This document shows, piece after piece, positions 18,901 through 25,241 of a DNA stretch of 64,000 nucleotides. Location: assembly GCA_027492205.1 (NCBI GenBank), contig JAOZFN010000006.1:39369-103368 (forward strand), read 5' to 3'. The notes beneath the pieces are model-generated. The model did no database searches. It saw nothing but the letters and a program-made list of their open reading frames with translations, and was not told the origin of the DNA. How positions within the stretch are numbered: the first letter of the stretch is position 1; every line of letters starts with the position of its first letter. The DNA is from Thermoproteota archaeon. GTDB lineage: Archaea; Korarchaeota; Korarchaeia; Korarchaeales; Korarchaeaceae. A program made the translations under genes and the position numbers.

Positions 18901-19494
18901 CACTGCTGGCGTGGGCCGCTGATGACGGCGTACAGAACCCTCAACTCAATGTTGGAGAAGCTGGAGAGGCACATCGCCCTCGAGGAGAAGATCTCCGCCG
19001 TCGACCCTGAAGACGCGATAACCCGTGCGATGTCGGCGCACTTCCTCAGGGACATCGCGGGGAACCTAAGAAAGTATGCGAGCCAGAAGTTCAGGTGCCT
19101 CAAGTGCAACAGGAAGTTCAGGAGGCCTCCGCTCTCCGGCAGGTGCCCCTACTGCGGAGGCAACATAACCCTCACGATCCACCCGAGGTCCACGGTGAAG
19201 TACCTTGAGCCCACGAAGAAGATCTTGGAGGCCTACAACCTGAGGGGATACCTACTGCAGAGGGTGGAGCTGTTGGAGGATGAAGCCAATAGCCTCTTCG
19301 ACCTGACCTCCAGCCTGGCTCAGGGCGAGGGGTCCAGGGCTAGAAGCCTGACCGAGTTCAGCTTCGCCGCCTCGGATGGAGGGGAGACCGCATCGAGCTC
19401 CGAGTCATCTCCCGGAGGGTGGAGTGGTGGGAGGGAGGCGAGCCGGGCCAGGCGTGAGGGCGAGGGGTCAGCGGATCTGTCGGCTTTTCTGTAA
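15940..19494 (+). CDS. polC: DNA polymerase D large subunit DP2 (start at ATG 15940 preferred over 15865)
   Basis: ARAKGLDP, GPIRTAGGT, GGFRLRYG, ERPGK, FKDGTIRFD, catalytic HAAKRRNVDGDED, C-terminal zinc finger. No intein. Confidence 0.97.
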   Translation: MDLEGYFAELEAKVEELYRVAKRARAKGLDPSTEVEVARGDTLGQRLVALFDRPDLADAVERYLRQGYGKVETAFKVAGDMLEAGGADEEELAELAVRVGMAIMTDATVSAPIEGISSVRIKVNPRDGTRYLAVYYNGPIRTAGGTEGALSVVLADFVRQKLGLGRYRPTDAEVERYVEEIELYRRAVHLQYNSTPDEVRYVARHLVVEVTGPPTEEVEVSTNRDLPTVETNRVRGGAALVLNDCLLQKRKKLAKTIPKLREVVDFDPSGWEWVKGSSGAEDSERKGESAGGCPYVPPSYKYLRDSVVGRPVLAHPSAVGGFRLRYGHARNTGLASVGVHPATMVILENFLAVGTQVRIERPGKSAIVMPVDSIEGPVVRLKDGSVVRLEDPETARALLPDVDRILFLGDVLIGFGEFLENNHVLLPSAWVEEWWHELLITEAERRNYQLPDPLREDPFSHVDFDTAVELSLSLGIPLHPRWTYFWHDLTVDSLSELVEALKTSTFDGRALRIPLTDSLREALETLCVPHRVEGGTIVVEGDDAKALQTTLLSNDVDLSAYGPHEVMRAVNDLAPYEVMPKAPHFVGMRLGRPEKAKPRKMKPPVNVLFPIGRQKGMSRSLKKALQSGLAAVEVALRRCPRCGAETVHYACPSCGVRTEPQLFCPRCGRRLREGQRCPDHPREDPVNYRSTELNVRAITSEAVDHLGGGYPLDGVKCVQGLTSKSKSPEPLEKGILRAYRDLYVFKDGTIRFDVTNASLTHFTPAEAGVSPERLRELGYEEDIHGRPLVSDDQLLELRVQDVIIPRKAAEYLYQVSKFIDELLTKFYGVEPFYNLQSPEDLVGHILFTISPHTFVANAVRVVGFTDADVILAHPYLHAAKRRNVDGDEDSLILGLDCLLNFSKSYLPSKPGGREDAPLILVTRIDLEYIDDECYNIEVVWRYPREFFEATLEYRHPQELEGSIIQTVGTVYASGDRYPSIGFTHPTSHCWRGPLMTAYRTLNSMLEKLERHIALEEKISAVDPEDAITRAMSAHFLRDIAGNLRKYASQKFRCLKCNRKFRRPPLSGRCPYCGGNITLTIHPRSTVKYLEPTKKILEAYNLRGYLLQRVELLEDEANSLFDLTSSLAQGEGSRARSLTEFSFAASDGGETASSSESSPGGWSGGREASRARREGEGSADLSAFL

Positions 19495-19512
19495 GATGGG
19501 AACGGGAGGGAG

Positions 19513-19839
19513 TTGGAGGTGCGGATCAGGCCGATAAGCCTGTTGAGGGAGGGTGAGCCCGCCGCGGTCGTGGGGGTGATTCTGCAGAGGGTCGAAAACT
19601 ATCTGGTGCTCGACGACGGGACGGGCAGGGCGAGGGTCTACGCGGATCTGGCCGAGGCGTTTTCGCCCGGGGACGTGGTGCTGGCGGTTGGCGTAGTCGC
19701 CGCGGTGGGCCGCTTTGCGGAGATCCAGTCCGAGGCCGTCACGAAGGTGACCGGACTGGATCTGGACCTCCTGAAGGAAACCCTAAAATTGGTGGCGGAG
19801 GTTGAGGGACGAGACGCGATTTCGGGTCGTAGTGGATGA
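19513..19839 (+). CDS. Small single OB-fold protein (RPA small-subunit-like)
   Basis: 108 aa; LVLDDGTG OB-fold turn, GDVVLAVG strand, C-terminal helix; lies between DP2 and PCNA. Confidence 0.7.
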   Translation: MEVRIRPISLLREGEPAAVVGVILQRVENYLVLDDGTGRARVYADLAEAFSPGDVVLAVGVVAAVGRFAEIQSEAVTKVTGLDLDLLKETLKLVAEVEGRDAISGRSG

Positions 19840-20627
19840 GCGGGAGTTGGATGGATATGGGCGTTGAAGGGGGAGAGGTCGTTCTCGTGTTTGAGGAGGG
19901 GAAGGTCATCCGCAAGATAGTGGAGGCGGTGGAGGCGCTCATCGAGGAGGCGACCTTCAAGGTCAGTCCGGAGGAGGGATTTGTCCTCCAGGCTCTAGAT
20001 CCGGCAAAGATAGCCATGGTCCAAGTCTTCCTCCCGAAGCCCTTCTTCTCCGAGATTCAGGTTGTGGGAGACTCCTTCTTCGGTGTTAACTTCACCGAGC
20101 TCGCCAAGGTGATGAAGAGAGTCAAGTCCGACGATCGGGTGGAGTTCCATCTCACCAGGGACTCCCTCACAGTAGTCCTCAGGGACGGCTTCAAGAGGAC
20201 CCATCGGCTGGCGCTCCTGCCCCCGGAAGAGTTTCAGGTCCGCAGCCTGAAGGTCAACTTCACGGCTGGCATCAGGATGGACAGCAGGAAGATGCCCGAG
20301 ATCATAAAGGAACTCAAGGGGATATCGTCCGAGGTGGAGATAACCATCGACGGGGAGAGGACCGAGTTTGCGGCCCGGAGCGAGAGGCAGGAGTCAAGGA
20401 TAACCATCGAGAAGACCGACCCCATCGTGCTGGACATCTGGGCCCAGGAGCCGGCCAGGGCCGTCTACGGGCTCGGGTACCTGGAGAAGATGGTGAAGCC
20501 AGCGGACATCTCGGCGGAGGTCTCGCTGGAGATCGCGACGGACAAGCCGATGATGATGAAGTACTCCATTGGCGGGTTCGCCGACGCGAGGGTAGTCTAC
20601 TACTTGGCCAACGTGGCGGGGATGTGA
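19836..20627 (+). CDS. pcn: PCNA sliding clamp
   Basis: LIEEATF, LQALDPAKIAMV, YGLGYLEKMVK, DKPM, YYLA. Confidence 0.95.
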   Translation: MSGSWMDMGVEGGEVVLVFEEGKVIRKIVEAVEALIEEATFKVSPEEGFVLQALDPAKIAMVQVFLPKPFFSEIQVVGDSFFGVNFTELAKVMKRVKSDDRVEFHLTRDSLTVVLRDGFKRTHRLALLPPEEFQVRSLKVNFTAGIRMDSRKMPEIIKELKGISSEVEITIDGERTEFAARSERQESRITIEKTDPIVLDIWAQEPARAVYGLGYLEKMVKPADISAEVSLEIATDKPMMMKYSIGGFADARVVYYLANVAGM

Positions 20628-20637
20628 CGGGCCCCTC

Positions 20638-21603
20638 ATGGAGGAGCTCGATCCGGCGCTGGCCTCTCGATACCCCTTCACATCGCTGGGGGAGCGCCTG
20701 ATAGAGTCGGAGGGCCTCACTGAGGAGGATCTCGCCTATGATCCCCTGCTGGAGCAGAGCAGGCGGCACGCAAGGGGTCGCCTGCTCTCGGCAGTGAGTG
20801 GTGGGCTGTACCTGGACGACCTCTACCTCCCCCCTCTGGACGCCGTAGCAACCTACCTCATCGTCAGACTGGTGAGTTCCTGGATCGGAGACCCCTTCCT
20901 CAACCGGCTTGTCGCGGAGCACGAATCCAAGAGGTTTCACAGGCTTGCGAGGGATGAGCCCATCCACATACTTGCCTGGCTAGGTGGGGAGCTGGGGGCA
21001 GCGATCAGACCCGATGGAGAGAGGGCGTGGATTGACATTTCCAGCTACCTTCGCGCCGCGGCCGGTTTGGGCGGACCTAAGTGGAGACTCGCCAATCGGG
21101 ATGTCCGAAGTGGTCAGGTACTGGTGGGGAGGAGGGAACTTGCCAGGCTCCTGCAGGAACTTCTCAGGGCTCACCTCTTGGAGCCGACTCCTTGCCCCTC
21201 CCTGTCCCCGCCCCTGAGGGCTATAGGAACCGAGGTGATTAGACGCCTTGAGGAGAGGAAGGCATCCATTCAGTCCTCGGGGCCTTCTCGGCAGACCCTG
21301 CCTCCCTGCATAGAGAAGCTTGTCGAGAAGGCGGAGAGGGGGGAGAACATGAGCCACCAGGAGAGATTCACCCTGGCGGCATACCTCCTCAAGGTGGGCT
21401 GGTCCGTCGATCGAGTGGTTGACCTCTTCAGGAGCGCCCCCGACTTCAAGGAGAGGGTGGCGAGATACCAGGTAAGCCACATCGCCAAGAGGGGATACAA
21501 CCCGCCCAACTGCGAGACCCTCAGGAGCTGGGGAATCTGCGTCGAGGACTGCGGGGTCAAGTCTCCACTGTCGTATGGGAGGCGCGGGAGGAGGAGGCGT
21601 TGA
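20638..21603 (+). CDS. priL: DNA primase large subunit
   Basis: RYPF, WRLANR.V..G.V, PPCI, SHQERF, PDF.E....YQV.HI, Y.PPNCETL...GIC (Fe-S domain). Confidence 0.94.
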   Translation: MEELDPALASRYPFTSLGERLIESEGLTEEDLAYDPLLEQSRRHARGRLLSAVSGGLYLDDLYLPPLDAVATYLIVRLVSSWIGDPFLNRLVAEHESKRFHRLARDEPIHILAWLGGELGAAIRPDGERAWIDISSYLRAAAGLGGPKWRLANRDVRSGQVLVGRRELARLLQELLRAHLLEPTPCPSLSPPLRAIGTEVIRRLEERKASIQSSGPSRQTLPPCIEKLVEKAERGENMSHQERFTLAAYLLKVGWSVDRVVDLFRSAPDFKERVARYQVSHIAKRGYNPPNCETLRSWGICVEDCGVKSPLSYGRRGRRRR

Positions 21604-22790
21604 ACCCGCTTCGCGCCGCATTCAGAGAGTACTACGCCCTCCGATCTCGCTCGATCTTCGTCCCGCGGATCGACCTTCGCGAGATCATGGTGGTCACCTT
21701 CGACGGAACGGTGATCAGGCATGTCTCCGTCAAGAACCTGGAGTCGCTGAGGGCCATGCTCGCGAGGGAGGCTCCAAGGCACGCTTACTACTCCGTGGGA
21801 CTGTACGAGAGACCGGCGGCCAAGTTCATGGCGGAGAAAGGCCTCAAGGGGGCCGAGGTGCTGTTTGACATAGACGCGGATCACTTGGGCGTGGACGAGT
21901 GCGACTACGGACTCGCCTGGCGGTGCAAGTCGTGTGGGGAGTCCGGAGATGGGGTACCACCCGACGCCTGTCCGAAGTGCGGATCACGGGACCTGGAGAG
22001 GCTGGACTGGCTCTCGGAGGGTTGCTTGGAGGCCGCCAAAAGGGAGGCGATCCGGCTCCTGGAAATCCTCGAGTCGGACCTCGGGGTCTCTGGGGATGAG
22101 CTGATGGTCTACTACACAGGACACAGGGGGTACCATGTGAGGATCCTCTCGGAGCGCTTTCTCGGGCTCGGCAAGGAGGAGAGGAGAGAGCTCGCCTCCC
22201 ACGTGTCCGGCCTGTCGTTCGACCCGGAGGAGGTCTTCTACGTTAAGGGATCGGTTCTCACCACGCCCAGAGTCGACGAGGGGGGTTGGAGGGGTAGGAT
22301 AGCCAAGGAGATGCTTCAACTGCTCGAGGAGTCGGGCGGCGGAAAAACGGCGCTACCGAGCAGCGTGGCTAAGAGGAGGGGGGAGTTGGTAAGGGCGCTC
22401 AAGGAGGGGGTTCCCCTAATCAACCCCACCCGAGCGCTCGTCAGAGACCTGAGGAGGATGGCGGAGGAGATAGTTCAGGCACGCCGAGTGAGGATAGACG
22501 AGATGGTTACGCCTGACACGAGCAGACTCACGAGGATACCCAACAGCCTGCACGGCAAGACGGGTCTGAGGGCCATGGCCCTCTCTCCTGACGAGCTGAG
22601 GGACTTCCAACCCCTGGGGGATGCGGTGGGGCTATCTAACGATCAAATAAGGGTTTTCACCACGGCACCCGTGCCGAGGTTCAGGGTTAAGGGCGAGTAT
22701 TTCGGACCCTATGAACCGGGCGTGGGGGTAGACCTGCCGATGTTCGCGGCCGCCCTGATCCTCCTGAAGGGCAGGGGTGTCATACCTTGA
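21600..22790 (+). CDS. priS: DNA primase small (catalytic) subunit with zinc-ribbon insert
   Basis: YYSVG.Y..P, FDIDAD, GHRGYHV, IDEMVT.D..RL.R.PNSLHGKTG. Confidence 0.95.
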   Translation: MNPLRAAFREYYALRSRSIFVPRIDLREIMVVTFDGTVIRHVSVKNLESLRAMLAREAPRHAYYSVGLYERPAAKFMAEKGLKGAEVLFDIDADHLGVDECDYGLAWRCKSCGESGDGVPPDACPKCGSRDLERLDWLSEGCLEAAKREAIRLLEILESDLGVSGDELMVYYTGHRGYHVRILSERFLGLGKEERRELASHVSGLSFDPEEVFYVKGSVLTTPRVDEGGWRGRIAKEMLQLLEESGGGKTALPSSVAKRRGELVRALKEGVPLINPTRALVRDLRRMAEEIVQARRVRIDEMVTPDTSRLTRIPNSLHGKTGLRAMALSPDELRDFQPLGDAVGLSNDQIRVFTTAPVPRFRVKGEYFGPYEPGVGVDLPMFAAALILLKGRGVIP

Positions 22791-23317
22791 GCTCTTCAAA
22801 CCCCTACCGAGAGCTGGTCGACGCTCTGGTCAGGGAGCTGACCTCGGATCAGCTAGAGGAGCTCCCTGAGGGCTTGTTCCAGCGGGTAGACGAGTGGATC
22901 CGATCACTCAGGAATTCGGCCACTGGAGAAGAGGCCAGGAGTGTCGTAGAGACTCTCGCCGGGGTTTGCCAAGAGCTGATGACTACGCTCGAGAGGATAC
23001 GCAGGGCCAAATCTGGGATGGCTGGCAAGCTAGGGTCCCAACCCGGCGACTCGCCGACAAGTACTGAGGGCGGGTCAACGGTCGGGGGCGAGTCAGCCCA
23101 GGTGGTTGAACCCCTCAAGCCGCCGAAACTCCCGCGCGGGAAGGTTTTAGTAACGTTTAAAACACCCTTGAGGGAGTTCGTGGCGTCGGACCTGAGGGTT
23201 TACGGGCCCTTCCGGGAGGGCGATGTCTGCCTCCTCCCGGTCGGGGATGCCGCAGCCCTGGAGGCTAGGGGAGTCTTGGAGGTGTTGATTGGGAATGAAG
23301 GTGCCGAACAAGATTAG
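22787..23317 (+). CDS. gins15: GINS subunit Gins15/Gins51
   Basis: Helical A domain (ELxxxxLxxLP...RxxK) and C-terminal B domain (FV..DL.VYGPF..GDV..LP...A..L...G); follows priS. Confidence 0.85.
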   Translation: MSSSNPYRELVDALVRELTSDQLEELPEGLFQRVDEWIRSLRNSATGEEARSVVETLAGVCQELMTTLERIRRAKSGMAGKLGSQPGDSPTSTEGGSTVGGESAQVVEPLKPPKLPRGKVLVTFKTPLREFVASDLRVYGPFREGDVCLLPVGDAAALEARGVLEVLIGNEGAEQD

Positions 23318-23573
23318 GACCTACTGCCCCAAGTGCGGGACCCACACAGAGCACAAGGTCTCCCTTTACAAGGCGGGCAGGCAGAGGACCCTCTCGTGGG
23401 GAGCTAGGCAGCTCGAGAGGAAGAGGAGCGGTTACGGCGGAGAGCCGAGGGGAATGCTGAAGAGGAAGGCCAAGATCAACAAGAAGGCGGTGTTAGTCCT
23501 GACATGCTCTCGGTGCGGCAGGAAGCAGCTGAGGAGTCTGGGCAGGCTCAGCAGGGTCGAGATAGTCAGGTGA
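23295..23573 (+). CDS. rpl44e: 50S ribosomal protein L44e
   Basis: [22 protein letters not shown]. Confidence 0.96.
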   Translation: MKVPNKIRTYCPKCGTHTEHKVSLYKAGRQRTLSWGARQLERKRSGYGGEPRGMLKRKAKINKKAVLVLTCSRCGRKQLRSLGRLSRVEIVR

Positions 23574-23574
23574 G

Positions 23575-23799
23575 GTGGTGTTAGTGGGCAGGAGCCGGAA
23601 GAAGGCCCCAATCCCCCTACCGCGATCGTACTTCGTCAGGGTTAAGTGTCCCAAATGTGGAAATGAGCAGACGATTTTCTCTCACGCATCTCGCGTGGTC
23701 CGCTGTCTGGTGTGCGACGAGGTACTCGCGGAACCCACCGGGGGCAAGGCAAGGATACACGCCCCCATCATGGCCGTTTACGGAAAGCTCGCGGAGTGA
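23575..23799 (+). CDS. rps27e: 30S ribosomal protein S27e
   Basis: [23 protein letters not shown]...CLVC...PTGGKA. Confidence 0.97.
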   Translation: MVLVGRSRKKAPIPLPRSYFVRVKCPKCGNEQTIFSHASRVVRCLVCDEVLAEPTGGKARIHAPIMAVYGKLAE

Positions 23800-24618
23800 A
23801 TGAGGATGCCCCGGGACTTTCCCCGCCGAAACGAGCTGGTCGTCGCAACGATCAAGAGGGTCGAGGAGCACGGGGTCATCGCCGAACTAGAGGAGTACGA
23901 CGGCCTGGAGGCGTACATACCCAGAGGTCACGTGGCCTCCGGGAGGGTCAAGGACATACGCGACTTCGTTAAAGAGGGAGATCGCGTGGTCGGCAGGGTA
24001 ATACGGGCGGACAGGGCGAGGCAACAGGTTGACCTCTCCCTCCGATACGTCAGCAGGGATCAGGCGGAACGAAAGCTGAGGGAGTGGAAGGAGAGGTCTA
24101 GGGCCCTCTCGCTGATCCGAGTGGCCGCAATGAGAGCGGGCGTCCAGGATCCGGAGGAGACCGCTAAGAGAATGCTAGCTCAGATTGAGGATGTCTACGA
24201 ATCGGCCCTCGAGGCCTTGGAAGACGCGCTGTGGCATCCGGAGGTATTGGACAAGCTCGGAGTTCCGAGCGACATTGCTAGGCAGCTAGTTCCCCTTATC
24301 AGGGAGCAGCTTAAACCACCCCTCTATATAAAGGAGGTTACTCTCAAGCTGATTTCTCCGTCCCCAAGCGGCGTGGATGTCATCAGAGATGCGCTTCTGA
24401 AGGGGACGTCCGTGCGGTCGGAGAAGGTGTCGATCGAGGCCTTCACGGCAGGGGCTCCGAGATATGTTGTCAGGGTGAGTAGCAGGGACCCCTCTCTAGT
24501 TAGGCGAATGGCCACCACGGCAACGAAGCGGATTCTGGAGGAAGTTAGATCCTCCGGCGGCAAGGCCGAGGTGGTGGCAGAGCGCGAAATCACAAAGCGC
24601 GCGGCAGAAGCACAGTGA
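23800..24618 (+). CDS. eif2a: Translation initiation factor aIF2 alpha
   Basis: S1 domain (ELVVATI, LEEY, VDLSLR), GVDVIR, GAPRY; canonical position after S27e. Confidence 0.94.
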   Translation: MRMPRDFPRRNELVVATIKRVEEHGVIAELEEYDGLEAYIPRGHVASGRVKDIRDFVKEGDRVVGRVIRADRARQQVDLSLRYVSRDQAERKLREWKERSRALSLIRVAAMRAGVQDPEETAKRMLAQIEDVYESALEALEDALWHPEVLDKLGVPSDIARQLVPLIREQLKPPLYIKEVTLKLISPSPSGVDVIRDALLKGTSVRSEKVSIEAFTAGAPRYVVRVSSRDPSLVRRMATTATKRILEEVRSSGGKAEVVAEREITKRAAEAQ

Positions 24619-24632
24619 TGCGGTGATGGCCT

Positions 24633-24761
24633 TTGCGGAGGGCACTTATAAGGAGGTGTAACGCCTGTTACATATACACTCTCAAAGAGAAGTGCCCCAT
24701 GTGCGGTTCGCCAACCTCCCCTCCCGGCCCTCCTCCATATGAGAGATTGAGAGGGAGATGA
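24633..24761 (+). CDS. nop10: H/ACA RNP protein Nop10, short 42 aa form (absent from the ORF track)
   Basis: Hand translation from TTG: MRRALIRRCNACYIYTLKEKCPMCGSPTSPPGPPPYERLRGR. IRxCxxCxxYTLxxxCPxCG signature; canonical position after aIF2alpha. Confidence 0.85.
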   Translation: MRRALIRRCNACYIYTLKEKCPMCGSPTSPPGPPPYERLRGR

Positions 24762-24823
24762 GCTGCCCCAAAGTCAATCCTCATGAGTTGCCTGAAGGCC
24801 CCTTCAGAAGCTTCTTATGGAAG

Positions 24824-24899
24824 TGGAGCCCCGGGCGGGATTCGAACCCGCGACCTGCGGATTACAAGTCCGCCGCTCTGCCAGCTGAGCTACCGGGGC
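24824..24899 (-). tRNA. tRNA-Thr(TGT), intronless, CCA encoded
   Basis: Reverse complement GCCCCGGTAGCTCAGCTGGCAGAGCGGCGGACTTGTAATCCGCAGGTCGCGGGTTCGAATCCCGCCCGGGGCTCCA folds as a cloverleaf. TTATAA about 38 nt upstream (24937-24942). Confidence 0.97.
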
Positions 24900-25241
24900 C
24901 CAACAGGCAGATTCATCCACCTTTGGGCGACGAGAATTATAAGCTTCATCCCAGACAAGTGCACGCGACAAAACCGGGGGGCTCATGTAGACTTCATTTA
25001 GTTAGTTGATTGCCTAATAATCGGTCGACATATCCCTACACAGATCTGACTGAAGAACAGCCCTATTCGTCATCCCGGCCGTCGATGAGACTGCCGTCGT
25101 CTCCGCCCTACGATCCCCCTCTGAAACCGTTGTGCAATGATTTGCAACGTTTAAGTGAGAAATCCATTAATAGTCTTCTGACGAGGGTGAAGCCAGCCCC
25201 CCGCTCGACCGCTAGGGGTCACGCGGGGGAGGTGAAGAAGT

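Noticed and set aside
21895-22030. Zinc-ribbon insertion in PriS
   Set aside because: Zinc-binding inserts at this position are known in archaeal and eukaryotic primases.
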